64,000 nt of DNA from positions 25,905 through 89,904 of the forward strand of contig JAURLI010000052.1 in the NCBI GenBank assembly GCA_030831315.1, in the 5' to 3' direction. Source of the DNA: Alphaproteobacteria bacterium. Lineage in GTDB: Bacteria > Pseudomonadota > Alphaproteobacteria > SMXQ01. The translations under genes and the position numbers were made by a program. Below are positions 17,734-27,419 of this stretch, piece after piece. Below the pieces are notes generated by a model. It saw nothing but the letters and a program-made list of their open reading frames with translations. It was not told the origin of the DNA and searched no databases. How positions within the stretch are numbered: position 1 is the stretch's first letter; every line of letters starts with the position of its first letter.

Positions 17734-18881
17734 GCGGAAATTTTTCCGACATCCGCGAACAGATCCGCGCACTCTGCGCCGGCTTTCCCGGCGCGTACTG
17801 GCGCGAACATGATCGCGCGCGCACCTACCCCCGCGAGTTCGTCGATGCGCTGACGACAGGCGGCTGGCTCGCCTGCCTGATCCCGGAAGCCTATGGCGGC
17901 TCGGGCCTTGGCCTCAGGGAAGCTGCCGCGATCATGGAGGAAATCCAGGCGTCGGGATGCAACGGCGCCGCTGCGCACGCGCAGATGTACACGATGGGCA
18001 CGATCCTGCGTCACGGATCGGATGCCCAGAAGACCTCCTACCTGCCCGAGATCGCCGCCGGGCGCCTGCGCCTTCAGGCCTTCGGCGTGACCGAGCCCGA
18101 AAGCGGCACCGATACGCTGTCGCTGCGCACCCGCGCGGTCAGGGATGGGGATCATTACATCGTCAACGGCTCGAAGGTTTGGACGTCGCGGGCGGAACAT
18201 TCGGACCTGATGCTGCTGTTGGCGCGCACCACGGCGAGGGAAGACGCGCCGAGCCGGACCGAGGGTCTCTCCGTGTTCATCGTCGATCTGCGCGAAGCGC
18301 GCGGCAAGGGCATCGAGATCAGGCCCATTCCGACGATGATCAACCACGCCACCTGCGAGGTATTCATCGACAACCTGCGCGTGCCCGCCGCCAACCTGAT
18401 CGGCGAGGAGGGCAAGGGCTTCCGCTACATCCTCGACGGCATGAATGCCGAGCGCATATTGATCGGCGCCGAATGCATCGGCGATGCGCGCTGGTTCGTG
18501 GCGCGGGCGGGCGACTATGCGAAAACCCGCAAGGTTTTCAACCGCCCCATCGGCCAGAACCAGGGCGTGCAGTTCCCCATTGCACGGGCCTACGCACAGA
18601 TGCGTGCCGCCGCCCTGATGGTGGAACGCGCCGCCGCCCTGTTCGATGCGGGCGAGCGCTGCGGCGAGGAAGCGAACCTTGCCAAGCTTCTGGCCTCGGA
18701 AGCCTCATGGGAAGCGGCGGACACCTGCATGCAGACCTTCGGCGGCTACGGCTTTGCCGAGGAATTCGACGTCGAGCGCAAGTTCCGCGAGGCGCGGCTT
18801 TATCGCACCGCGCCGATCTCCACCAACATGATCCTCTCGTACGTGGCCGAGCACGTTCTCGGCCTGCCGCGCTCCTATTGA
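17730..18881 (+). CDS. Acyl-CoA dehydrogenase
   Basis: ATG overlaps upstream stop (ATGA); ACAD blocks FGVTEPESGTD, GSKVWTS, QTFGGYGF. Confidence 0.85.
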   Translation: MSGNFSDIREQIRALCAGFPGAYWREHDRARTYPREFVDALTTGGWLACLIPEAYGGSGLGLREAAAIMEEIQASGCNGAAAHAQMYTMGTILRHGSDAQKTSYLPEIAAGRLRLQAFGVTEPESGTDTLSLRTRAVRDGDHYIVNGSKVWTSRAEHSDLMLLLARTTAREDAPSRTEGLSVFIVDLREARGKGIEIRPIPTMINHATCEVFIDNLRVPAANLIGEEGKGFRYILDGMNAERILIGAECIGDARWFVARAGDYAKTRKVFNRPIGQNQGVQFPIARAYAQMRAAALMVERAAALFDAGERCGEEANLAKLLASEASWEAADTCMQTFGGYGFAEEFDVERKFREARLYRTAPISTNMILSYVAEHVLGLPRSY

Positions 18882-18892
18882 TCGGGGCAGCG

Positions 18893-20005
18893 ATGGCGGG
18901 CGCGCTCGACGGCATTCTGGTGGTGGCCCTCGAACAGGCGGTGGCCGCTCCCTATTGCACCTCGCGCCTTGCCGATGCGGGGGCGCGGGTCATCAAGATC
19001 GAGCGCGCGGGCGGCGACTTCGCCCGCCACTATGACCGCGTCGTGCACCGGGAAAGCGCCTATTTCGTCTGGCTCAACCGCGGCAAGGAATCGGTCGTCC
19101 TCGATGTGAAGGATGGCGCCGACCGCGCGTTGCTTGCCCGCATGGTGGCCCGCGCCGATGTGTTCATCCAGAATCTCGCGCCGGGCGCCGCCGCGCGGCT
19201 CGGCTTCGGCGCAGACGTGTTGCGGGCGGAATATCCACGGCTCATCACCTGTTCGGTCACCGGCTATGGCGAGGACGGGCCCTATGCGCGCATGAAGGCC
19301 TACGATCTTCTGGTGCAGGCCGAATCGGGCCTGTCGTCGATCACCGGCACGCCCGAGGGCATGGCCCGCGTCGGCGTGTCGGTCGCCGATATCGCGGCGG
19401 GCCAGCAGGCCCACGCGGCGATCCTCGAAGCGTTGATCGCGCGGGAGCGAACGGGCGAGGGGCGGCGGATCGATATCTCGCTGTTTGCCGCCATGGCCGA
19501 CTGGATGACCGTGCCGCTCCTGCATTTCGATTACGGCGGCAAAGCACCGGCACGCACCGGCCTCAATCACCCGTCCATCGCGCCCTATGGTGCGTATCCT
19601 TACAAGGACGGCGTGGTACTGATTTCGATCCAGAACGAACGCGAATGGCGGTCCTTCTGCGCAGGCGTTCTGAACGATGCTGCCATCGCCGCCGATCCGC
19701 GTTTTTGCGACAACACGGCACGGGTCGAACACCGCTCCGTGCTCGATGCCATCATCGTAGGGGTTTTCGGCGCGCTTGATCGCGCAGCACTTACCAAACG
19801 CCTCGATGCGGCGGGGACGGCCTACGGCATGGTCAACGGCGTTGATGGGTTGTCGAACCATCCGCAGCTCGCCCGCATTCGCATCGATACCCCGTCGGGC
19901 CCCGTCGACATGCCCGCACCGCCCGCGCGCGGGCGCGACTTCGCGCCCGGCCCCGTGCCCGAAGTGGGCCGGCACACCGACGCCATCCGCCGGGAGTTTT
20001 CCTGA
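18893..20005 (+). CDS. CoA transferase family III (CaiB/BaiF/Frc type)
   Basis: LDGILVVALEQAVAAPYCTSRLADAGARVIKIER N-terminal signature. Confidence 0.85.
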   Translation: MAGALDGILVVALEQAVAAPYCTSRLADAGARVIKIERAGGDFARHYDRVVHRESAYFVWLNRGKESVVLDVKDGADRALLARMVARADVFIQNLAPGAAARLGFGADVLRAEYPRLITCSVTGYGEDGPYARMKAYDLLVQAESGLSSITGTPEGMARVGVSVADIAAGQQAHAAILEALIARERTGEGRRIDISLFAAMADWMTVPLLHFDYGGKAPARTGLNHPSIAPYGAYPYKDGVVLISIQNEREWRSFCAGVLNDAAIAADPRFCDNTARVEHRSVLDAIIVGVFGALDRAALTKRLDAAGTAYGMVNGVDGLSNHPQLARIRIDTPSGPVDMPAPPARGRDFAPGPVPEVGRHTDAIRREFS

Positions 20006-20029
20006 TGGAGGGAACGCGGCCTGACGGGT

Positions 20030-21394
20030 TCAGGCGCGGGTGAGGGGGCGCAGCTCGCGCAGGTCGGCCACCGATTCGAGCGCCAGAACCTTGCCGATCA
20101 GGGCTTCGGTGCGCTCAGGCCCAAGGATGGGCGCGATCAGGTCGCGGGCCTTGGCGGCAACCTCGTCCTCGGTCATCGGGTTCTGCGCGGTGCCGCGCAC
20201 ATGCACGGTTTCGTGGGTGAGCTTGCCGGTCCTGGCGCTTTCCAGCTCGATCACCCCGGCGCGGCGCGGCAGGGTGGGGTCGGCCACCATCTTGATGCGT
20301 TCGCGCAAGGCACGCACGCGCGCATCCTTCATGCGTTCGTAATCGTGGGTCGAGACGAAGGTCAGCGTGCCGTCGATCATGAGAACCGCCATCAGGTGCT
20401 GAAGGCAGATGTCGGGCATGGTGCGGTCGTCGACGATATGGGCCTCGACCGCGGGGACGCGGGCGGTGACCGCGCCGACGTCGTCGGGGGCGAGGCCGTT
20501 TTCCGCCATCAGGTGCTGGAGCGAATCGAGCAGCGCCTGGCAGGGTGAGCCCACGGTCCATTTCTTGATGTTGGCGTTCATGATCTCGTATGTCGCGCCG
20601 AGCTCGCGCGCGATTTCATCCAGATTGCCGCCGTAGGCCTGGAAGAAGCCGCGCTCGCCGGTAAAGACATCCTCGACCCCGGTCATGCCGGAAGCCACCA
20701 TCTGCGCCGCCGCGACGCCGTGTTCGGCGCCCATGCCGCCGAAGTCGAAGGCCTTTTCCACGTGTTCGGAATCGCGCGCCCATGAACCGAGGCCCGAGGC
20801 CATCTGCGCCGTGTAGGACAGAAGCCAGCGGCACTGATCGGCATCGAGGCCGGCGAGCGAACCGGCAGCCGCCGCCGCGCCGAACTTGGCGCCGAAGCTG
20901 TGGGTGGAAAAGCCCTGCTTGCCGTAGAAGCGCTCGACGCCGAGGGCGAGGTTGATGCGCGCGCCGACGTCATAGCCGAGCGCCACCGCATTGACGACCG
21001 CGCGGCCCGATGTGCCGCCCCGTTCCGCCATTGCCCAGGCGGCGGGCACGATGGCGCAGCCGGGATGGAAAAAGGCGGTCGGGTGGGAATCATCTGTTTC
21101 GTCCGCATGCGCCATCATGCCGCCCGCGAGTGCGGCAAGACGCGCAGATGTCTCGATCCCGGTGCCGGGCAGAAGCACTTCGGTCCGCGCGCCTTCGGCG
21201 GCGACGAAGGCGAGAGCCATTTCGCCCGGCTTGAGGCGCGCGCCCGAGATCATGGCGGCGAGGCTGTCGAGGATATGCAGCCGCGTCTTGGCGGCGACAT
21301 GGGCGGGAAGCGCCGACTTTGCCGCGCCCGCCATATGGGCGGCGAGCGCCGCCGTCTGCGGGGAAACCGCCCCGCCGGAAGCCGCCCCCGCCAT
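20030..21394 (-). CDS. MmgE/PrpD family protein (2-methylcitrate-dehydratase-like)
   Basis: 454 aa from ATG 21394, which overlaps the tctA stop; PrpD-family length and blocks. Confidence 0.75.
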   Translation of the reverse strand: MAGAASGGAVSPQTAALAAHMAGAAKSALPAHVAAKTRLHILDSLAAMISGARLKPGEMALAFVAAEGARTEVLLPGTGIETSARLAALAGGMMAHADETDDSHPTAFFHPGCAIVPAAWAMAERGGTSGRAVVNAVALGYDVGARINLALGVERFYGKQGFSTHSFGAKFGAAAAAGSLAGLDADQCRWLLSYTAQMASGLGSWARDSEHVEKAFDFGGMGAEHGVAAAQMVASGMTGVEDVFTGERGFFQAYGGNLDEIARELGATYEIMNANIKKWTVGSPCQALLDSLQHLMAENGLAPDDVGAVTARVPAVEAHIVDDRTMPDICLQHLMAVLMIDGTLTFVSTHDYERMKDARVRALRERIKMVADPTLPRRAGVIELESARTGKLTHETVHVRGTAQNPMTEDEVAAKARDLIAPILGPERTEALIGKVLALESVADLRELRPLTRA

Positions 21395-22905
21395 CAGTCT
21401 TCCAGCACGCGGCCTTCGGGCTTCATGCGGCTGACCATTCTGTTGATGCCCTTGAAGATCAGCGGTCCGAAGAAGCCGAGCAGGGTGAAGAACAGGAACA
21501 GGTCGACGATCCAGCTTTCGAAGAAACGGAACCAGTTGTTGTCGAAAATGATCATCGACTGGGACCAGAATTCCTCGACCAGGCGGCCGAGGATCAGTCC
21601 CATGACGAAGGGTGCCGGGCCGAAGCCGTGGCGCAGCATGACGAAGCCGAGAAGCCCCGCGAGAAGCATCACCCAGACGTCGAACACCGACTGGTGATAG
21701 GCATAGGCACCGATCATCGAGAAGACGAACACCGCGGGCCACAGAAGCTGGCGCTTGACCAGCGTGATGCGCGCGAACAGCTTGGCGCCGGGCAGGCCGA
21801 TCACCAGGAACAGGATGTTGGCGAGGAACATCGCCGTGAAGATCGCATAGACGAAATGGGGCGTGTTCTGCACCAGGTAGGGACCCGGGCGGAAGCCGTG
21901 GACCATCAGCGCGGCGAGGATGATCGCGGTGGTGCCGGAGCCGGGAATGCCGAGCGCCAGCGTCGGCACCATGGCGCCGCCGGTGGCGGCGTTGTTGGCC
22001 GCTTCAGGCCCGGCGATGCCTTCGATGGCGCCCTTGCCGAATTCCGACTTGTTCTTGGACCAGCGCTTGGCCTCGTTGTAGCCGATGATGGCGGCGACGG
22101 TGGAGCCTTCGGCGGGCAGGATGCCGATGAAAGTGCCGATGACGGACGAGCGCAGCATGACCCAGCGCAGCTTCACGATTTCGGCCCAGCTCGGCAGCTT
22201 GATGGCGACCGACTTGATGCGCTCGACATGTTCATTGAGCCGCTGCGACTGGTTGAGCAATTCGCCCATGGCGAACAGGCCGATGAGGACGGGCACGAAG
22301 CTGATACCTTCGACGAATTCGGAGACGCCAAAGACGAAGCGCTCGACGCCGGTGGTCAGGTGAACGCCGATGGTCGAGACCAGAACGCCGAAGGCGCCCG
22401 CGATCAGGTTTCTGAGCGATGACTTGCCGGAAATGGAGGCGAGCATCGACAGGCCGAACAGCGACAGGGCGAAATATTCGGGCGGCCTGAACGACAGCGC
22501 GACCTTGGCCAGCAGTGGTGCCGCGAGAATGAACACCACCAGCGAGAACATGCCGCCCACGACCGACGACACCGCGGCGATGCCAAGCGCGCGTCCGGCC
22601 TCGCCCTTCTGGGCGAGCGGATAGCCGTCGAGGGCGGTGGCCACCGCGGGCGGCGCGCCCGGGGTGTTGATGAGGATCGCGGTGATCGAGCCGCCGAAGG
22701 TGCCCGCGCAGTAAAGCGCCGCCATCATGGCGATGGCAGGGATGGGCGGCAGTTGCAGGGTGAACGGCAGCAAGAGGGCGACCGCCATGGTCGACGACAG
22801 GCCGGGCAGCGCGCCGACGAGCACGCCGAGCAGCACGCCCACCAGGATCAGGAAGAAATGATAGGGCACGAGGATGAGGCCGATGCCCTGAAGAATCGGT
22901 TCCAT
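21394..22905 (-). CDS. tctA: Tripartite tricarboxylate transporter permease TctA
   Basis: 503 aa polytopic membrane protein, duplicated GxxPG-containing halves typical of TctA. Confidence 0.85.
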   Translation of the reverse strand: MEPILQGIGLILVPYHFFLILVGVLLGVLVGALPGLSSTMAVALLLPFTLQLPPIPAIAMMAALYCAGTFGGSITAILINTPGAPPAVATALDGYPLAQKGEAGRALGIAAVSSVVGGMFSLVVFILAAPLLAKVALSFRPPEYFALSLFGLSMLASISGKSSLRNLIAGAFGVLVSTIGVHLTTGVERFVFGVSEFVEGISFVPVLIGLFAMGELLNQSQRLNEHVERIKSVAIKLPSWAEIVKLRWVMLRSSVIGTFIGILPAEGSTVAAIIGYNEAKRWSKNKSEFGKGAIEGIAGPEAANNAATGGAMVPTLALGIPGSGTTAIILAALMVHGFRPGPYLVQNTPHFVYAIFTAMFLANILFLVIGLPGAKLFARITLVKRQLLWPAVFVFSMIGAYAYHQSVFDVWVMLLAGLLGFVMLRHGFGPAPFVMGLILGRLVEEFWSQSMIIFDNNWFRFFESWIVDLFLFFTLLGFFGPLIFKGINRMVSRMKPEGRVLED

Positions 22906-22914
22906 GGTCGGATG

Positions 22915-23451
22915 CTATCCCAGTATCGGGGCCAAGAGCCCGGGGAGGAAATGAACCTTGAGGCCGTTGACGAAAATCAGCCGCACGGTGAGGGGGAACA
23001 GGATGGCGAAGGGCAGGATCACCCAGAGGCGCCGCTCGTTCCACAGGATCGGCAGCAGCAGGCAGGCGAGAACCATGCTCAGGTCCGTACCCAGCCATTC
23101 GAACAGGGTGACGATCAGGACAAGCGCAAGCGCCGTGATGAAGGTGATCGAAACGACCTTGTTGCTTCGTTCTTCATCGAGGTCCGCACCCTTCTTCTTC
23201 TTGAAGTGGTTTTCAAAGGGCAGGTAAAGCGACATCGCCATGATGCAGCCGAGGATGATGCGCGGGAAGAATGTCGGCGGGACGTTCTGGCTCAGCTGCG
23301 CGGCGACGGTGTCCCAGCGCGTGGTCTCAAACCAGAGAGCCGCGCAGGCGACGAGAATGATGATGGTAATCCAGAGATCGGTACGGTGCACGAAGGGCGC
23401 ACTTCTGCGCGCGCCCTTCGCACCCGTCGATCCGGCGTTGCCGGTGGTCAC
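22915..23451 (-). CDS. tctB: Tripartite tricarboxylate transporter small subunit TctB
   Basis: 178 aa, four hydrophobic helices, between tctC and tctA. Confidence 0.75.
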   Translation of the reverse strand: MTTGNAGSTGAKGARRSAPFVHRTDLWITIIILVACAALWFETTRWDTVAAQLSQNVPPTFFPRIILGCIMAMSLYLPFENHFKKKKGADLDEERSNKVVSITFITALALVLIVTLFEWLGTDLSMVLACLLLPILWNERRLWVILPFAILFPLTVRLIFVNGLKVHFLPGLLAPILG

Positions 23452-23472
23452 GGAAATATACTCCGGCTTCCG

Positions 23473-24510
23473 TTATTTCTTCTTCTTGAGGAGGCCGAGC
23501 TCGCCCAGCGCTTCGCGGGCAATCTTGATCTCTTCCTGGATCTGGTCGGTCCAGACCTTGGAGCCGGCCGGGCTGGTCTTCGGATCGAGGCCCGAGCCGC
23601 GCAGGTAGCCCGCGAAGACGTCATGCTTCATCGCGGCCAGAATGCCCTTTTCCAGCGCCTTGATCACTTCCGGCGGCGTGCCGGCCTTGACCGCATAGCC
23701 GCGGGTCGTGGTGACCGTCAGCTGCCAGCCCTTTTCATGGCTGGAGGGGACGTTCTTGTAGGCAGGCAGCCGCGCCTTGTCGAGCAGCAGCAGCGGGCGA
23801 ACCGTGCCGTCCTCGATCTGGCCGCCGGCTTCCGAGACGTTCGGCAGGGTCGCGTCGATGGCGTTCGACAGCAGCGCCTGAACCATCTTGCCGCCCGAGC
23901 CGAAGGGCACGACCTTGAACTTGATGCCCGCCGCCTTGGCAAAACGCGCAAGGCCGACGTGCTCGGTGCCGCCGATCTGCGACACGCCCCAGTTCAGCGG
24001 CTTGTCCTTGGAGGCGGCAATCAGTTCCTCGATCGTCTTGTACTTGCTGTTCTTGCCGACGACGATGAAGGTCGGATCGTCCATGGCGCGCGCCACGCCG
24101 ACCAGTTCCGGGCCCTTCAGCGGCGATTTGCCGAGAGCAATTGTGTAGAAGTGCGTCTGGGTCAGCGCGATCAGGGTGTGGCCGTCGGCCGGGCGCGACA
24201 TCAGGTATTCATGGGCGACCTTGCCCGAGCCGCCGCGCTTGTAGACGACGTTGATGACGGCGCCGGTGTCCTTGTATTCCGGGTTGCCCTTCGCCAGTTC
24301 ACGGCGCGAGCGGATCATCATCATGCGGGCGGTGACGTCGGTGCCGCCGCCGGGTGCGGCGTGGCTGATGATCTGGATTTCCTTGGTCGGGAACTTTTCC
24401 GCGGCAATGGCGGAGCCTGCATAGGCGCCGATCGTGAAAGCGGCGGCGAGGCCGGTCGCCATGCCAAGGCGTGCGGCCGTCGTGGAAACGGTTGTGGTGT
24501 GGATTCGCAT
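23473..24510 (-). CDS. tctC: Tripartite tricarboxylate transporter substrate-binding protein TctC (canonical, 345 aa)
   Basis: Signal peptide and TctC core; heads a tctCBA-prpD operon; no C-terminal extension. Confidence 0.85.
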   Translation of the reverse strand: MRIHTTTVSTTAARLGMATGLAAAFTIGAYAGSAIAAEKFPTKEIQIISHAAPGGGTDVTARMMMIRSRRELAKGNPEYKDTGAVINVVYKRGGSGKVAHEYLMSRPADGHTLIALTQTHFYTIALGKSPLKGPELVGVARAMDDPTFIVVGKNSKYKTIEELIAASKDKPLNWGVSQIGGTEHVGLARFAKAAGIKFKVVPFGSGGKMVQALLSNAIDATLPNVSEAGGQIEDGTVRPLLLLDKARLPAYKNVPSSHEKGWQLTVTTTRGYAVKAGTPPEVIKALEKGILAAMKHDVFAGYLRGSGLDPKTSPAGSKVWTDQIQEEIKIAREALGELGLLKKKK

Positions 24511-24649
24511 AGGTGCCTCCCGTTTGCGAAAAATTTCAACGCGGTGACCGAGCAGGGCTTGCCGTACCGGCGCGATTGCTATTTGTATGCGCCGGAAGGC
24601 CCCTTGTATGCCTGTCGGACGAAAGCTAAGGGGCGGGGCCGGGGGCCGT

Positions 24650-24668
24650 CAACCCGTCAATCGGGTTG
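24650..24668. promoter_or_regulatory. Perfect 7-5-7 inverted repeat CAACCCG-tcaat-CGGGTTG (candidate operator)
   Basis: In divergent intergenic region between tctC (minus) and the rhodanese gene (plus), ~40 nt upstream of ATG 24708. Confidence 0.4.
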
Positions 24669-24707
24669 GGGCTTGAAAAATCAGGGTTTTCCACAGCAGA
24701 TTTCGAT

Positions 24708-26318
24708 ATGAGCCATAAAATTTCCGCATCCCGCCTCAAAGATCGTATCGCTGCCGTCGCCAGCGGGCGCGAACTCGCCATTCTCGATGTGCGCGAGGAA
24801 GGTGTTTACGCCGAAGGCCACCTTCTGTTCGCCTCGACCTGCCCACTCAGCCGGCTCGAACTTCTGGCGCCGTCGCTCGTGCCCAGGCGCGATGTTGCGG
24901 TCGTCGTCATGGACGGCGGCGCGGGGGAGGACCTTGCCGAACGGGCCGCTACGCGCCTTACGGCGCTCGGCTGGAGCGACGTCGCCGTGCTCGAAAACGG
25001 CCTTGCCGGGTGGCGCGAGGCGGGGTTCGAGGTTTTTGGCGGCATGAACGTGCCGTCAAAGGCATTCGGCGAACTGGTCGAGCTGCGTCTCGGCACGCCC
25101 CATGTCACCGCCCACCAGCTGCGCATCATGATGGACCGCGGCGACGATCTCGTGGTTCTCGATTCGCGGCCGATGGACGAGTTTCGCATGATGAATATTC
25201 CGGGCGCCCTCGACTGCCCGGTGTCGGAGCTGGTCTATCGCGTCCGCGATCTGGCGCCCGACGCCGACCGCACGGTGGTGGTCAACTGCGCCGGGCGCAC
25301 GCGCTCCATCCTCGGTGCCCAGTCGCTGATCAACGCGGGCGTGCCCAATCGCGTGGTGGCGCTGGAAGACGGAACCATGGGCTGGCACCTCGCGGGCTAC
25401 GAGCTTGAGCGCAACCAGTCGCGCATGGCGCCCGCGCCTTCGCCCGAAGCCTTGCAGATCGCTGCCGGCCGCGCGGCCCGCATCGCTGAACGCGCCGGCG
25501 TGCGCGAGGTCGAATATGCCGAACTGAACCAGTGGCGCGCCGATACGGGCCGTACGACCTATGTTTTCGACGTGCGCCTGCCCGAGGAATACGAGGCCGG
25601 GCATCTTGCCGGAAGCCGTCACGCCATCGGCGTGCAGCTGACGCAGAAGACCGATGCCTTCATGGCCACCCTCGGCGCGCGCGTCGTGGTGGTGGATGAT
25701 GACGGCGTGCGTGCGCGCCTTGCCGCCGCTTGGCTGCGCCAGATGGGTTGGGATGCTTCCGTGCTGGCGGGCGGCCTTTCAGAGGGCCCGACGGCATCCG
25801 GCCCTGACCGGGGTGATGTCGCCGGTCTTGACGGCGCGACCCGCGAAAGCGTGGCGCCGCGCATGCTGGCGGTCAGCCAGATGCGCGGGCGCGTGCACCT
25901 GCTCGATCTTTCGCGCAGCCTGACCTTTGCCCGCGGCCATATTCCGGGCGCGCGTTTCGCCATCCGTTCGCGTTTTGCCGACAGCCTTTCGCGCCTGGCC
26001 CCGGGCGATATCGTACTGACCTGCGAGGACGGGACGCTGTCGCGCTTGGCCGCGCCGGAAGTCGCGGCGCTCGGGCGCAACGTCAAGGTTCTGGCGGGCG
26101 GCAATGCCGCGTGGCGGCGCGAAAAGCTGCCGTGGGAAACGGGGCGCGGCGATCCGCTGGACGAGCTTGAGGACGAGGCCTTCTGGCGGCCATATGAGCG
26201 CGCCAGCGGCCAGGAAGAGGCAATGCACCGCTACCTGTCTTGGGAAAAGGGCCTGATCGGGCAGATCGAGCGCGACGGCGATGCGCGCTTCGAGGTGATC
26301 GACTTTTCCGCGGTCTAG
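24708..26318 (+). CDS. Multi-domain rhodanese-like sulfurtransferase (four tandem rhodanese repeats)
   Basis: Four ~120 aa repeats each with a rhodanese-type loop; Cys-containing loop VVVNCAGRTRSIL in repeat 2; start taken at MSHKISASRL. Confidence 0.65.
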   Translation: MSHKISASRLKDRIAAVASGRELAILDVREEGVYAEGHLLFASTCPLSRLELLAPSLVPRRDVAVVVMDGGAGEDLAERAATRLTALGWSDVAVLENGLAGWREAGFEVFGGMNVPSKAFGELVELRLGTPHVTAHQLRIMMDRGDDLVVLDSRPMDEFRMMNIPGALDCPVSELVYRVRDLAPDADRTVVVNCAGRTRSILGAQSLINAGVPNRVVALEDGTMGWHLAGYELERNQSRMAPAPSPEALQIAAGRAARIAERAGVREVEYAELNQWRADTGRTTYVFDVRLPEEYEAGHLAGSRHAIGVQLTQKTDAFMATLGARVVVVDDDGVRARLAAAWLRQMGWDASVLAGGLSEGPTASGPDRGDVAGLDGATRESVAPRMLAVSQMRGRVHLLDLSRSLTFARGHIPGARFAIRSRFADSLSRLAPGDIVLTCEDGTLSRLAAPEVAALGRNVKVLAGGNAAWRREKLPWETGRGDPLDELEDEAFWRPYERASGQEEAMHRYLSWEKGLIGQIERDGDARFEVIDFSAV

Positions 26319-27415
26319 ATGCTCTGGCGCGGTGCAATCGCCCGCCAGACCTCGCGCCGGTGCGCTTCCAGCGACGTGCGGTCGATGCGCGGCATGTAAC
26401 CCGCGGGCAGGCGCATTGCACCTTGCGAGAACGTCATCGGGTTTTCGAGCAGCGTCGCCCGGGTCTTCAGAAAGCCGTTGAACTCGCCCGCGTTGGTGAT
26501 GCCGCCCGCGGTGCCGAGCCGCGCCACGCAGGCCTCCATCCAGCAACCGATATCGGCGGCGACGCCGTCGCCCAGCACCGGTTCCATGCCGAGCGCGCGA
26601 ATGCGCGCGAGCCCTGCGCGCAGGTCGTCGAGCCCACCCATCTTCTTGATCTTGAGCTTGACGAACCCGATACCCCGGATTTTTCCGGCGCGTTCGATAT
26701 CGGGAAGGCCGTAAATCGATTCGTCGAGCATGACCGGGACTTTTGAAACGGACGCAACGGCGGCGTTCGCCTCCCAGTCCTTCGAGGCGCAGGGCTGTTC
26801 GAACAGTTCGATCCCCATCGGGTCCAGTCCCTCAGCGAAGCGCACGCCGTCTTCGCGTGAAAAACCGCGGTTGGCGTCGAGCCGGATGATGGCGCGCCCC
26901 GCTGCTGCATCGCGTACCTGCGCCACGCGGATAAGATCGTTTTCCCAGTCCTTGCCGACCTTCACCTTGAGGGTGCGAAAGCCTTCCTTGAGCCGCCGCT
27001 CGACTTCGCCCGGAATGTCAGCGGGCTTCGTCGCATGGAAAGGCGTGAGCAGCGGCAGCATCACGTCGTCGCGCAGATGAAGGAGGGGATTGTCCTCCAG
27101 CGCCTCGATCGCGCATATGAGGCCGCTCGCCGCGACCGGGCTTTCAGCCTTGCGCGACTGGGCCAGCGCCTTGGCGTCGGAGGTTTCCATGCCGGCCATG
27201 CGCGCGGCCAGTTCCTGGCAGAAGACGAAGCCGCCTTCGACGGTTTCATCGGAATAGCCGGGTGAAATATGTCCTTCGCCCCAGCTGATGCGCCCGTCTG
27301 TGTCCTCGACCTCGACCATGATGGGGTCGAAGTCTTCGTAGACGCGATAGGACACGTGGTAGGGCTCGCTCAGCGGCAGCTTGAGCAGATGAAGGGTCAA
27401 TGAGCGGATGCGCAT
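26315..27415 (-). CDS. Enolase-superfamily enzyme (mandelate racemase / muconate lactonizing enzyme / dipeptide epimerase-like)
   Basis: KVKVG...IRLDANRGFS...MLDES metal-ligand spacing of the MR/MLE fold; start ATG 27415 or GTG 27445. Confidence 0.7.
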   Translation of the reverse strand: MRIRSLTLHLLKLPLSEPYHVSYRVYEDFDPIMVEVEDTDGRISWGEGHISPGYSDETVEGGFVFCQELAARMAGMETSDAKALAQSRKAESPVAASGLICAIEALEDNPLLHLRDDVMLPLLTPFHATKPADIPGEVERRLKEGFRTLKVKVGKDWENDLIRVAQVRDAAAGRAIIRLDANRGFSREDGVRFAEGLDPMGIELFEQPCASKDWEANAAVASVSKVPVMLDESIYGLPDIERAGKIRGIGFVKLKIKKMGGLDDLRAGLARIRALGMEPVLGDGVAADIGCWMEACVARLGTAGGITNAGEFNGFLKTRATLLENPMTFSQGAMRLPAGYMPRIDRTSLEAHRREVWRAIAPRQSI

Positions 27416-27419
27416 GGGA

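Noticed and set aside
15883-17772. 629 aa minus-strand ORF
   Set aside because: Antisense to the rhodanese and hydrolase genes. Low-complexity Arg/Gly/Ala-rich translation.
17957-18892. N-terminal 300 aa of the 682 aa plus-strand ORF
   Set aside because: Overlaps the ACAD gene in another frame. Only the downstream part from ATG 18893 has CaiB-family motifs.
22753-24711. 652 aa plus-strand ORF
   Set aside because: Antisense to tctA/tctB/tctC. Composition is charged and low-complexity, the real genes are on the minus strand.
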